A DNA stretch of 64,000 bases. It comes from Somniosus microcephalus. Lineage: Eukaryota. Positions within the stretch are counted from its first letter, which is position 1. Each line of letters begins with the position of its first letter. The stretch lies in contig CM126215.1 in assembly GCA_052327205.1 (NCBI GenBank), positions 77,438,001 through 77,502,000 on the forward strand, in the 5' to 3' direction. Shown in pieces: positions 27,941-40,744 of this stretch. The translations under genes and the position numbers were made by a program. The notes beneath the pieces were generated by a model, which did not search any database, was not told the DNA's origin, and worked only from the letters and a program-made list of their open reading frames with translations.

Positions 27941-30900
27941 TATCACAGTAACTAAGTCCTCACATGGACCTGCTGCAGGTTGCCCCTCCTGTGCTGATGC
28001 AGGAACTGCCTGGCCCTGTAACTTTAGAGGGATTTGACATGAGGGCCCACATGCGTGCTGCTATCCTGACAGACAGCATCATCATCTATGCCCATTCCTG
28101 CCATGCCACGGGTATTGAGCACTGGCTCAGCTTGCCTACTGATCTGCAGGTAAGGAGATGTAATGGTATCAATGAGCTCAGCTAACTGATCAGCAAGCCT
28201 GTTGAAGCCAGAAGAGGGACCCCTCTAGCACCCGAGACTTCTTTGGCAGCATTCTGACCATCCATGGAAAAAGTACAGACTGCCCTTAGGTTCTCTGTCA
28301 TGGGGGCTTCCACTGCAGATGTGCCTGGATCTGCTACATCAGAGCATGATGCTCTGGAAATATCATTCTTTTTAAGCAGACCACGTGAGATCTAATTGCC
28401 CAGGCTCTCTTCAGTTGAAAGATGATGCATCCTTACACCCACCCTACCCCCACCCACCCCCCCACACACACACACACAGCCAGTTAAATCTTTCTTCTCA
28501 TTAGCCTCCAGCAGCTGCTCATGCTGATTTGTGCTCTGAGCATCACCCAGTACACTCCCATTTGGCTCACTCTCTAACTCCCCCAGGTGGATATCTCTGA
28601 GCAGCTGCTTGGGAGGGTAGAGTGACTGACGGGGCATGTTATGAAGTGCTGGATACAATGGAGCCTGCGTCTTTTCCATCTAGTACAACTAGACAAGGAA
28701 AAAAGGAAGGGAGCATAGATGATTTTCTGAAGATTTTCTGAAGCACACATATCAGTTTTAGTAGAAAGAGAGAAATGAGATTTTCACGATATGGTTCTCT
28801 GCGTCAATGCAGGGTACAATAGAATGAGATGGAAGAGAAGCAGAATATCATCATGAACTCACAGCTGCCACATATCCTACTTCCATGTCTCTGATGCTGT
28901 CCATGGCCGCCCTGCCCAGGATTTAACATGTTTCCTTCTCATAGGGAGTGAGAGGTCAGAGGTTGGGGAGCCTCCACCTGGTGCAGCCCACTCTCGGCTG
29001 TTATATGATGTCTTGTCCCTGAAAAAGAAAGCACAGAGAGCCAAATCACAATTTGCTGCCATGATATGTAGTCTATAGCCCATAATGGGTGCAATGACAT
29101 CTGCATACAACAGGAGTTACATTTGTGGCAAAGCTTTTTGCAAGGTAAAAGCCTGTAAGCGTATAAGTGAAGGAAGACTTGCAGATGAAGGCTCAGGATG
29201 TAAAGGGCATTAAGCTACCTCATGGTCATTGATGGTAACCAGTTCAAACACTTCAACACAGTACTGGGGGGGGGGCGGTGAGAGTCATTGCTAATGGCAG
29301 ACATGCTTTGCATAGTGCATTCTTAGAATTTGTGTTGCTCGCTCCCCTTACCCTGACCTACCCGGTAAGATCATTAAACTTTTCCCTACATTGGGTATGT
29401 GTGGGGCCATTCCCTTTGTCCTGGCCATATCTTTTCATTGCCCCTGGACAATTCTTCTTGTCTGACTCTGTGCCAAACAGGGCCTTCCTCCTGCAGCACT
29501 TCCACAGCTACAGAAGAAAACCTGGGCCTTTCAGCCCTCCTGTTGACTGAATGGACACATTTCCACGCACCCCCCCCCCCCCCGCAAAAAGTGCACCAAA
29601 ACTGATTCTGATGGTACCTGCTCTTTTAAGCTGTTTTAAATAGTGCACTTGTGTGCTATTCTTTCCAATCAGAGGCATTCTTGACACCTGAAACTTGCCA
29701 AAATTATTAAAATTAGGCTGATCCCAGAAATTACAGCAAGGTCTGCACTTATGACATTGGGGACAGGTGCAATTCCCACTCCACCCTTCTTCCAGTTGGG
29801 ATCGTGCCAATCAGGAAATCTATCTCTTCTGTTCATATCAAATTTTAAGTATTATTTTCATAGTATTTTATTCTCACGGTGGTATTTCTGTTTCAGAAAT
29901 TCTGTTTATTGTAACGGGGACTATTGTAGGGGACTTGAATATTTCCATTGGCAAATGTGAACTAATACTTTACTGTTATCTTAAAAATGACCTTTTACAG
30001 GATTGAAGCTATCTGCTTCCAAAAAGTTAATATTTAAGTTAGTTGTCACAGATTCAGGTTAAATTCCTGGCTTCATGATTTGCTTTTCTGCAATGTATTT
30101 TTAAAACTGTATAGTACAATTGAAGATTATGGGATCTCAATCTGACCAATAACACTTAGTGCTCCTTGCTTCAGCTCCATGCGTTCAGCAGCTCCCTGAA
30201 AGCTCCTGTGTGCATGAACACTTTTCATCAAACACAATGAAGTGCAGTGAACATGCAAGCAAACCGAGAGATATAACGTGTAATTTTGTGTTATGTGCTC
30301 CCAGCAGCAGCTGCACTTGTAGGAAGCATAAGTCAAAGAATTAGGGCTACGATGTTGTAGCCCTATCTCTGACCTACGCTCCCTTCGCAGGTTTACCCCT
30401 ATAAAGAAAAACCATGATTGCTGGCAAATCTGAAATAAAACAGAAATATAGGGGCACCTAACAGGTTAGCTAGCATCCAAAAGAGAAAGATAGATGAAGC
30501 TATTATCAGAATAGTAAGACTAACAGGACAACTCGCTTACAATCTTCAGATTTGCCTACATTTAAAAAACAAAGATTGCCTGAGAAAGAATCATAGAGCT
30601 AAACATTTTAATTAGCTCCATGAGGAATGACTGAAATATATTTGCACAACATTTAAGTGGAGATAGTGGAGAGTGTAGTACAATTCTCTTTCCACTCAGG
30701 CTGCCAACATTATTGGGATTGGACACTGTTATAGTTCTGTGCTTTGTGATTTTGTTACCCTATTGATGTCAAAATAGTTGAATATGGGGAAAATATTTCA
30801 ATGATTTTATATGATCACGTGGTATAAACCTAAGTAAACAGAGAGATGAAATTAAATAGTGAGATTGATAGCAAGATAATTAGAAAATAGTTTAACTTTG

Positions 30901-33444
30901 AAATTTCTGGCTATTTCTATTTTATAAAAATCTAACCTTTGTCTGAGAATGGCTCTGTGAAGCATAATTCAGGTTGTTGGGAGATCAGTGGAAAACTTCA
31001 TACAGCCTGATCTGTAGCTACTGTTATGAGAATGACATGTTTGTTGTTTAAGAACATTTGCACTACGACAGATGTTGCACAGATTCATTAAACTTTTGCA
31101 GCGTGGTTTATATTTAATGCGTTAGTTTTAAGGATTCATTTTAAAATTAATTAAAAATAATTTAGCTCTAAATGAATCAATGATGCAATGACACCATCAA
31201 GGGAATTTACTCCCAGGTATTAATGTCCCTGTTAAAAGCATGGCTTGACACTGGGACTTGGTCTAAAATTTCCATCCCCTTCCTAATCAAATAAACTGAC
31301 AGGAAGAAAAAAAATGGTACTTCTGAGTTTCCTAACTGTGAATATTTTAAATATTTCAGGAATGTTCTTGACTTAAACGGTTTCATTGGTAGGTTGGGAT
31401 TTGTTCTGGAGTCTTGAAAGGAGGATGTGAATTAGGATTCAGAGTAATGCAGCATTCATGGGTTACATTGACAAACAGGTTGTCAACAACTTGAATAGTA
31501 AACGTCAGAATTGCAGGAAACAATATTGGGTTGATGCACAAACTGGATAGCGTTTTTGTTCATCTCAAGTCTTTTCACAAAAGAATTTTGTTCAAGTCAA
31601 GCTTGTGTAAGATATCAGGCTGGGATCATTGCCACACCTGAGACCTGAGGGCCACTGTGAGTTTTCTGTGATAATTATAAAAAAGATATTTTATTGTGGT
31701 AAATTGATAATAGCTGTGTACCATCAGCATCCCCACCCATGAAAACAAACTGGGCTCTACTTTCTCTACAGTTGGGGTTTTGCCAGGGGAACAAATACCA
31801 TAGGTTTTTAATACAGAATTTTACAGAAAGTACAAAGAACACTGTTGGGGTTTTCATTTGGCTGCTGTTGGATACAGGGGCTGTTTTTATTCCTCCTGTG
31901 TGATCCCTTTGCTGAGTTAGTGGTGCTGAATTTCTCAGGGCTGTGTTTTCCTGATTTAACATTCCCTCTCTCCCAGAGGAGATGACAGACGGCGTGTAAT
32001 TTAGTTACATTCGCTCGGATGGAGAAACACCTGGCTCCCTCCCCCAGGACAGGAAAAAAACCTAACAAAAAAGATTAAAAAGAAAAAAAAACTACCCTAG
32101 ATCTTAGCTTGAAAACACTACGTAAAACGAGTCATTATACTTCAGATTTATTTACTTTAATATAATATAATCAAATCAAATCCAATCCAATCGAATGTAA
32201 TCTAACCGAATTGATTATTTGTCTATCTGTTTGTCAATATCTATCTGTTTAACTGTCTGACTGCCTTTATGTTTGTCTATCTGTCTCTGAATCTATTTGA
32301 TGTCTATCTGCTTATATGTTTATCAATCAAAGTGATAGGTTCATAAATAGACACAATCATTTATTCATATATGTTTCTATCTATCTTTTCTTTCTTCATC
32401 TACTATGATTTTCATCTGTATATATTTGTCTGTTATCTGCCTGTCCATCTATTTATCCATCCCAAACTATAGATGCCTACATCCATCTATATTTCTCTCT
32501 GTCTATCTTTCTGTCTGTTCATCCACCTATCATACAGAATATCACAATAAAAGACCATGGAGATCAGATTATGTGTATCCAGGAAAATAATACATGTAAT
32601 ATAGTCTGATGAGTAAAATTAATTGACGGAAAATTGTGTGGGCCACAAATCAGGCATACTGACCTTCATGCCCGAAGTCCCGATGTGCACTTCTGTTGCA
32701 TGAAGCTCTGCTAAATCATTAAATTTACCCCATATTACTTGTTCTGTGTTTTTAAACAAACCCAGTGCCACGAGAAGGCCAAATTTCCTTCCGGTCCGCA
32801 ACTGGTTGCTAGACAACGGAAAGTGCTCAAATGTTGCTTTACATGTCAAGGCATTGCCGCACCTGATTTTGGTGTCCTGGATCATTATTACAGCATGGAA
32901 TCATTCCTGGCTTGGACCACCCCCTGGTAGAGAAATGGGGGTTGAGGGGGGGAGGGGGTAGGGTTGGTGGAGGTGGAAACAGAAATGGAATTGTAGGTCT
33001 GCAAGATGCTTTCTAGCTGCTGCTGTTGAAAACCTTGAAAATTTGACTACTTACTATCGCGGTCCTCTTTGGTCTGCTGCAAGACCCTCTCAGACTCTCT
33101 GACCAAAGGGCTCCTGGTGTAAGGCCATTGCCAGCTTCTTCAAGCACCCCTGGAAATGTGATCCCACATGGACTTAAGTGGAGGAAATTGAAGCAGGAGA
33201 GCTGCAAACACCCTCACTTTCCTTGTATGACTACCATAGTAACACTGGGTCTACAGGTGTAGGTTTAGATATGACCATTTGGAAAATACTGCATCTGCCA
33301 TGTATTTGCCTACTCATTCAATATGTTTAAATCGCCTTGAAGCCACTTTGCATCTTCCTCACAACTCACAATCCCACCTAGTTTTGTATCATCAGCAAAC
33401 TTGGAAATATTACATTTGGTTCCCTCATCCAAATCATTGCTATA

Positions 33445-34194
33445 CAGAAATTCGGGTCGGAGGCTTCCCGGGGGTGCAAGCCCCCGACCTGCACTTACAT
33501 AGCGCGCCTGCCGTTGTGTTGTGGGCCTGCGTGGGATTCCGATCCTGGGCCTCCTCCAGCTGCCGGCGCGCAGTGCTTGCGTATCCCAGGGATGCAGTTA
33601 GTTCGAAGCGTCCCCTGGGATCACGTGGGCCATGGAGAGCCAATCATAGCAGGGAATCTCTATTCATAGATTTGACAGGAAGACCTGTCAAATCTATGAA
33701 TAGAGATCGGCCCCAAAACCTATGTAAAACTTCAAATAATTTTTTTTTTTTAAATCACATTTTTAAAGTAACTATAAAATACATAAAATAACTATTTTAA
33801 ACAATAATTTAAATTTTTGAAAAAATTAATTACAATTTTTAACGGGGCTAAAAATAAACTTACCTTTCTTTAAAGTATTTGAAAATAATAAACCTGTGGA
33901 AAAAATGTTTTAATTTTACTTAATTCACCACTTACCTTGTTAAAAGCAGGCCTTGCGACTGCTTTTTAAACGCGCAGCTGCTGGAGACTTTCCCTCCCGG
34001 AGAAACCTGTAAAAAAAATGGAAGTTCCAGGCGTACGTGCTGCCTCTCCGGCGCACGCGTTTGACCTGTGAACCCCTTCCTTCAAGGGAACAGAAGTTCC
34101 GGTTTCCAGCGCATGCACAAAACCGGCACTTTCGTTGGCCCTACGCGTGAGTACACAATGCGCACTCACCCGTGGGGACCTGAATTTCTGGCCC
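33445..34194. mobile_element. non-autonomous DNA transposon (Harbinger-like MITE), left tip clipped
   Basis: Inverted ends CAGAAATTCGGGTC / GACCTGAATTTCTGGCCC; interrupts CR1 RT coding sequence; CpG-rich arms, AT-rich core. Confidence 0.75.
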
Positions 34195-34504
34195 ATTGTG
34201 AATAGCTGGGGCCCAAGCACTGATCGCTGCGGTACCACACTAGTCACCACCTGCCACCCCAAAAAAGACCCATTTATTCCTACTCTCTGTTTCCTGTCTG
34301 TTAACCAATTTTGAATCCATGCCAGTATATTACCCCCAATCCCATGTGCTTTAATTTTGCACATTAACCTCTTATGTGGGACTTTATCAAAGGCCTTCTG
34401 AAAATCCAAATACACCACATCCACTGGTTCTCCCTCATCTATTCTACCAGTTACATCCTCAAAAAACTTCAGTAGGTTTGTCAAACACGATTTCCCTTTC
34501 ATAA

Positions 34505-37275
34505 CATACAGGGGTATTCAGTATTTAGGAAGGATCGACAAAAAAGAAAGGGAGGAGGGGTAGCATTGCTAGTAAAAGAGGGGATAAATGCAATTGAAAG
34601 GAAGGATATTAACTCAGTTAATACAGAATCTATATGGGTGGAGCTAAGAAATAGCGAGGGGCGAAAAACATTAATAGGAGTGGTATATAGGCCTCCAAAT
34701 AGTAAAATAGAGGTTAGGGAGGGCATCACGAGGGAAATTAGAGAAGCGTGCAATAAGAGCACAGCTGTCATCATAGGTGACTTTAACTTACATATAGATT
34801 GGACTAGCCTAATCAGTAAAAATAATGAGGAGGAGGAATTCCTTGAGTGTTTGAGGGATGGTTATCTGGATCAATATGTCGAGGAACCAACTCGGGAACA
34901 GGCTATATTGGACTGGGTACTGTGCAATGAGAAGGGACTAATCAGTAATCTTGTTGTACGGGGACCCTTGGGTCAGAGCGATCATAACATGATCGATTTC
35001 TCACTCGAAATGGAGAGCGAAGAAATTGACTCAGAGACTAAGGTCCTGAATTTAAACATGGGGAATTATGATGCCATGAGACGGGAACTGAGTAGGTCTG
35101 ATTGGACAACGTTCCTGGGAGGACTGGAGGTAGATAAACAATGGCAAACATTTAAAGATAGAATGACAAAATTGCAAAAATTGTTTATACCAATCTGGCA
35201 TAAAAGGAAATCTAAAAAGGTGACTCAACCGTGGATAACAGGGGAAATTAGAGACAGCATAAAATCCAAAGATAGGGCGTATAAAATAGCCAAAAAAAGC
35301 GCCAGAGCGGAAGATTGGGAACAGTTTAAGATAGAGCAAAGGAGGGCAAAGGGCATAATCAAGAGGGGCAAAATAGCTTACGAAAACAAGCTGGCGGAAA
35401 ATATAAAAACTAACTCCAAAAGCTTTTATAAGTATATCAAAAGGAAAAGACTGGTGAAAACCAAAGTTGGTCCATTGCAGTCAGATACGGGGGAATATAT
35501 AATGGGAAATAAGGAAATGGCAGATCAACTAAATGCATACTTTGGGTCAGTCTTTACGAAGGAAGACACAAAAAACCTCCCTGGGATATCGGGAAAAATA
35601 GGGACATTGGCAAAGGAGGAACTGACGCAAATCAATATCTCTAAGGATATGGTGTTAAGGAAGCTAAAGGGATTGAAGGTGGACAAATCCCCAGGGCCTG
35701 ATAACATGCATCCTAGGGTACTGAAGGAGGTGGCCCTAGAGATAGCGGATGCACTAAGGATGATTTTTCAGAATTCATTAGACTCGGGAACAGTGCCGAT
35801 GGATTGGAGGGTAGCTAACGTTACCCCACTATTCAAAAAGGGGGGTAGGGAAAAAGCAGGTAATTACAGACCTGTAAGCCTTACATCAGTTGTGGGCAAA
35901 ATGCTGGAGTCCATCATTAAGGATGAAATAGCGGAGCACTTAGCAAATGGGGACAGGATAGGACAGAGTCAACATGGATTTACAAAGGGTAAATCGTGCT
36001 TGACTAATCTATTGGAATTTTTTGAGGGAGTAACTGGTAGAATAGATGGGGGAGAGCCAGTAGATGTGGTGTACCTGGACTTCCAAAAGGCCTTCGATAA
36101 GGTCCCACATAAAAGATTAGCATGGAAAATTGAGGCTCATGGGATAAAGGGGAAAGTTTTGGCGTGGATAGGGAACTGGCTGTCAGATAGAAAACAGAGA
36201 GTTGGAATAAACGGCTCATTTTCTGAATGGCAGGCAGTAACAAGTGGGGTACCACAGGGATCTGTCCTGGGCCCCCAGCTGTTCACAATTTACATTAATG
36301 ACCTGGATCAGGGAGTCGGATGCAGCATTTCCAAATTTGCAGACGACACTAAACTAGGAGGGGGGGTGGGCTCAGAGGAAGAGACCAGGAAGCTCCAGAG
36401 CGATTTGGACAGACTGGGCGATTGGGCGGATAAATGGCAGATGCACTATAATGTGGACAAGTGCGAAGTTATCCACCTTGGGTGCAGGAACGGGAGGGCA
36501 AATTATTATTTAAATGGCAATAGATTGGGAGAGGGGGAAGTACAGAGAGACCTGGGTGTTCTTGCACACCAGTCACTGAAGGCGAGCATGCAGGTGCAAC
36601 AGGCGGTCAAGAAGGCAAACGGTATGCTGGCCTTCATAGCAAAAGGGTTAGAATACAGGAACAGGGATACCTTGCTGCAGCTGTACAGGGCACTGGTGAG
36701 ACCACACCTCGAGTACTGTGTACAGTTTTGGTCGCCTCATCTGAGGAAGGATGTTCTTGCCATGGAGGGGGTGCAGCGGCGATTCACCAGGCTGATACCA
36801 GGAATGGCGGGAATGACCTATGAGGAGAGACTATGTAGTTTAGGGATGTACACACTGGAGTTTAGAAGATTGAGAGGGGACCTCATAGAAGTGTATAAAA
36901 TTCTGACAGGTCTAGACAGACTGGATGCAGAAGGAATGTTTCCCTTGGCGGGTGAGAACAGAACTAGAGGACATAATTTAAGGATAAGGGCTAAACCATT
37001 TAGGACAGAGATGAGGGGGAATTTCTTCACTCAGAGAGTGGTGAACCTGTGGAACTCATTGCCACAGAGGGCAGTGTATGCCAGCTCATTAAATATATTT
37101 AAGAGGGAATTAGATATATTTCTACGGGCAAAAGGGGTTAAGGGTTACGGAGAGAAGGCGGGGACGGGATACTGAATTAAAGGATCAGCCATGATCTCAT
37201 TAAATGGCGGAGCAGGCACGAAGGGCCGAATGGCCTACTCCTGCTCCTATCTTCTATGTATCTATGTATCTATGT
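34505..37275 (+). mobile_element. young 5'-truncated CR1 LINE
   Basis: ATAA duplicated at 34501-34504 and 37276-37279; (TCTATGTA)n tail. Confidence 0.95.
34506..37175 (+). CDS. CR1 ORF2 (partial endonuclease + complete RT), uninterrupted but lacking its 5' start
   Basis: Frame open from the insertion boundary to TGA; GGGVA, YRPP, GDFN, SDHN, QGSVLGP, FADD. Confidence 0.9.
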   Translation: MQGYSVFRKDRQKRKGGGVALLVKEGINAIERKDINSVNTESIWVELRNSEGRKTLIGVVYRPPNSKIEVREGITREIREACNKSTAVIIGDFNLHIDWTSLISKNNEEEEFLECLRDGYLDQYVEEPTREQAILDWVLCNEKGLISNLVVRGPLGQSDHNMIDFSLEMESEEIDSETKVLNLNMGNYDAMRRELSRSDWTTFLGGLEVDKQWQTFKDRMTKLQKLFIPIWHKRKSKKVTQPWITGEIRDSIKSKDRAYKIAKKSARAEDWEQFKIEQRRAKGIIKRGKIAYENKLAENIKTNSKSFYKYIKRKRLVKTKVGPLQSDTGEYIMGNKEMADQLNAYFGSVFTKEDTKNLPGISGKIGTLAKEELTQINISKDMVLRKLKGLKVDKSPGPDNMHPRVLKEVALEIADALRMIFQNSLDSGTVPMDWRVANVTPLFKKGGREKAGNYRPVSLTSVVGKMLESIIKDEIAEHLANGDRIGQSQHGFTKGKSCLTNLLEFFEGVTGRIDGGEPVDVVYLDFQKAFDKVPHKRLAWKIEAHGIKGKVLAWIGNWLSDRKQRVGINGSFSEWQAVTSGVPQGSVLGPQLFTIYINDLDQGVGCSISKFADDTKLGGGVGSEEETRKLQSDLDRLGDWADKWQMHYNVDKCEVIHLGCRNGRANYYLNGNRLGEGEVQRDLGVLAHQSLKASMQVQQAVKKANGMLAFIAKGLEYRNRDTLLQLYRALVRPHLEYCVQFWSPHLRKDVLAMEGVQRRFTRLIPGMAGMTYEERLCSLGMYTLEFRRLRGDLIEVYKILTGLDRLDAEGMFPLAGENRTRGHNLRIRAKPFRTEMRGNFFTQRVVNLWNSLPQRAVYASSLNIFKRELDIFLRAKGVKGYGEKAGTGY

Positions 37276-38329
37276 ATAAATCCATGTTGACTTTGTCTAA
37301 TCCCGTTGATATTTTCTAAGTGTCCTGTTATCACATCCTTTATAATAGACTCTAGCATTTTCCCTACTACTGATGTTAGGCTAACTAGTTCCCTGTTTTC
37401 TCTCTCCCTCCTTTTTTAAATAGCGGGGTTACATTTGCCGCCCTCCAATCTGCAGGAACTGTTCCATAATCTATAGAATTTTGGAAGATGACAACCAATG
37501 CATCCACTATTTCCATGGCTACCTCTTTTAGTACTCTGGGATGCAGATTATCAGGCCCTGGGGATTTATCAGCTTTCAGTCACATTAATTTCTCCAGCAC
37601 AATTTTTTTACTAATACAAATTTCCTTTAATTCCTCCTTCTCACTAGACCCTTGGTTCCCTAGCATTTCTGGGAAGTTATTTGTGTCTTCTTCCGTGAAG
37701 ACAGAACCAAAGTATTTGCCATTTCCTTGTTCCCCATTATAAATTCTCCCATTTCTGACTGTAAGGGACCTACATTTGTCTTCACTAATCTTTTTCTTTT
37801 TACATACTTGTAGAAGCTTTTACAGTCCGCTTTTATGTTCCTTACAAGTTTACTCTCATACTCTATTTTTCCCCTCTTAATCAATCTCTTGGTCCTTTTT
37901 TGCTAAATTCTAAACTGCTCCCAATCCTCAGGCTTGCTACTTTTTCTGGCAACTTTATATGACTTCTCTTTGGATCTAATACTATTCTTAATTTCTTTTG
38001 TTAGCCATGGTTGGGCTGCTTTTCCTTTTGTGTTTTTGCACCAGAAAGGAATGTATAACTGTTGCAATTCATACATTCATTCTTTAAATGTTAGCCATTG
38101 CCTATCCACCATCATGCCTTTTAATGAAGCTCCCCAATCTATCATAGTCAACTCACTCCTCATACCTTCGTAGTTTCCTTTATCTAGATTTAGGACCCTA
38201 GTTTCAGATTAGACTACTTCACTTTCCATCTTAATGAAGAATTCTATCATGTTATGGTCACTCTTCCCTAAAGGACCCCGCACAACAAGGTTATTAATTA
38301 ACCCCTTCTCATTGCATAAGATAAATAAC

Positions 38330-38535
38330 CAGTTATTGATGGTTTTGTTTGAGGGATAAATGTTGGCCAAGATATCAGGAGAACTCCCCTGCTCTTCGAA
38401 TAGTGCCATGGAATCTTTTACTTCCACCAGAGGGAGCGAATAGGACATTGGTTTAACGACTCATCCAGAAGACAGCACTTCCAACAATCCCTTAGTATTG
38501 CACTGAAATGTTAGTTTAGATTGCATGCTCAAGCT
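38330..38535 (-). mobile_element. DeuSINE (SacSINE1/AmnSINE1-like) central Deu domain
   Basis: GGGATAAATGTTGGCCA..GAGAACTCCCCTGCTCTTCGAATAGTGCCATGGAATCTTTTAC matches the recalled reverse Deu-domain consensus. Confidence 0.8.
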
Positions 38536-38769
38536 GACTCTTTGCTTATGGTAATACTTTGATTTTATATGATAGCTAAATAGAAAAACATAGTGCAATT
38601 TGGGAAGCAGAGAAGTAGAGTTGGTTGGAGCATAGGGGTTTCTCCGCAATACAAGTCAAAGGAGCCGGGACATGCAAAACTGGGGTGCTACAGTGGCATT
38701 ACTAGTTGCATATCTGTTACTTTCTCTCTCTGTGGAAGCCTTACTGGAGTCATCAGCCGTGACTTCAGG

Positions 38770-39400
38770 GGATAGCTTTGATCAGCAATCAACCACCCAG
38801 AGACATGACTCAGAGTCATAAGGGCTGGCATGTTGGATTGTCAGATGATTAAAATGTCATGACAGCTTCCTGGGTATCTGGCATTGACATGCTTGATAAG
38901 ATTACTGGCATCACACATATAGCTGGATATTAAACACTTTCCTATTCATAAAATTGAGGGAATCGTCATATGGGGCTTTGAGTGACATGCATTCCATTAA
39001 TTGGTCCTTGCACCTGTGGGGAACCTGCCAGTCTGTAGAACTGGCTACCTTTCTCTTTCTTTGTTTGTCTGCTTCCATTGGGAAGGGTATAAATTGCACA
39101 GCTCTCCTTCTCTCAATGCACTGATGAATAGCTGCCTGAAATAATGTGACAAAGATCATCAGATGCTGCCTGGAAGGATCCAGATGCAAAGAAATTCAAC
39201 TCAGTGGTAACCTTGATTAGTACAGATAATGGTGTTCTACTGGTGGATGTGGTCTGCAGTTGACATAATTTCCTTGTAACCTTTGGGGGAAAGCACAGCC
39301 TTCTGAGGCACTGACAATCAAAATGGTCTGTAGACCTTGGTGAGGGGATATGAGCATGTAGGGAAGAAACATCTTCTGTGATGCCTGACTCTAAGAGTAA
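38770..39400 (-). pseudogene. degraded Harbinger transposase fragment (N-terminal/core)
   Basis: FMNRKVFNIQL, YPGSCHD remnants. Confidence 0.65.
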
Positions 39401-39919
39401 CCAATCTAGCCTCTTAATATCAAAAACATATCATCATAGCAAAAGAATAGAGAGATTCCCATTGGACAATTCTGTCTAAGGTAGAGAACAATACTTTGAT
39501 AGAGTTGTGTGAAAATAACTGTAAAAGTCCCGATTGACCCTCCAAAGTAGTAAAGAGATCATTTTACAGGCAACTAATACCAACTTTCAGTAACTGTACA
39601 CACAATGGCTTTCTCAGTGTGGTATCCACTTCAGGAATACCTTCCTGCAGCTCCTACTGCCACTTAGATAGCGATGCTAATTACTTGTGGTTGGTTTTGG
39701 GCTGAAGTTGGAGAAATTAGGTCAAAGGGGATAGCAACATTCACTTGATTCCATCTACATAAGGTAATGGGCCTTCTGATGGGCCTTAAAGGAGACTGGC
39801 ACTTTTTTGGAAGGATAATTCAGGGGCAGATTTTTTGCAGGATTTGGGCAATTTGCCACTTCAAAACTATCCCAAAATGGGCAGTCATTCAGATGGAAAT
39901 GGAGGGAAGTATTTTTAAT

Positions 39920-40400
39920 ACATTATAGATGGTTGTCCATTAGATGTTGCTGGGTCTGTCTTCCTTGTTGCAGCTCTAGTGGAGCTGGCAATGCTTCAGC
40001 CTTGGGCTCATTACAATCATCCTCTTCAAAAACATCCTGAGCATCCTCTTCTCTCTTGCTGCATGTGAATTCTCTTCTGACTGCATAATTGTGCAGAATG
40101 CAGAACATCATTACTATCTTGGATACCTTTGCATGGCTGTACAATAGGACGCTCTCAGTCTTGCCCAAGCAGCAGAATCTTTACTTCAGTATGCCTATAA
40201 TATGCTCCATTTATATCCTTGTGGAGGAAAGTGGTTCATTATATTTTCTTTCAGTTGTGGTTTGTGGATGTTGGACTGGTGTCATGAGATGTGGTTCAAG
40301 AGGGTATCCATAGTCTGCTGGGATCCATCTGTCTAGATATTCTGTTAAATAGTGGTGGCACTGTTGACTGCCATTGGATAAATTCATTGTGGCAGCTTGC
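39920..40400 (-). pseudogene. degraded Harbinger transposase fragment (C-terminal)
   Basis: ADYGYPLEPHLMTP..ERKYN and VSKIVMMFCILHNYA. Confidence 0.75.
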
Positions 40401-40674
40401 AAATATATGGCAAAGCACCAACTGGTCCATCAAGCCTGTCCCATGCCATCAACACACTTTCCACAGTCACACAATCTCCTGGGTGAGGCAAAAGCACAGA
40501 GAAAGAAACATTAGGCCAATCTCAGAAAAACAAAAATCCTCTGGGAAATTTCTTTCCAAGCCTCAAAGGCAATCAAGCAAGTTCCAGGAGATCACAGTGA
40601 CTGATATCTCTAGTCCCAGTTAACTCACTTAAAGTCATGGCGCATGACCTAATGCTATGTGTGTTGGTTAGGAG

Positions 40675-40742
40675 TCGGTCTTGGTTCAGTGGTAGTACAC
40701 TGTCCTCTGTGTCAGATGGTTATGGGTTCAAGCCCCATTCTA
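40675..40742 (+). mobile_element. tRNA-derived SINE head
   Basis: A-box-like TGGTTCAGTGG and B-box-like GGTTCAAGCC, without a complete cloverleaf. Confidence 0.6.
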
Positions 40743-40744
40743 GC

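Larger units (their letters stand above)
33300..38320 (-). mobile_element. CR1 ORF2 fragment acting as host for a MITE and a younger CR1
   Basis: Collinear pieces 33300-33444, 34195-34504, 37280-38320 (SDHN to FADD). Confidence 0.88.

Noticed and set aside
40675-40742. tRNA gene
   Set aside because: A/B boxes present but no acceptor stem or full cloverleaf; fits a SINE head
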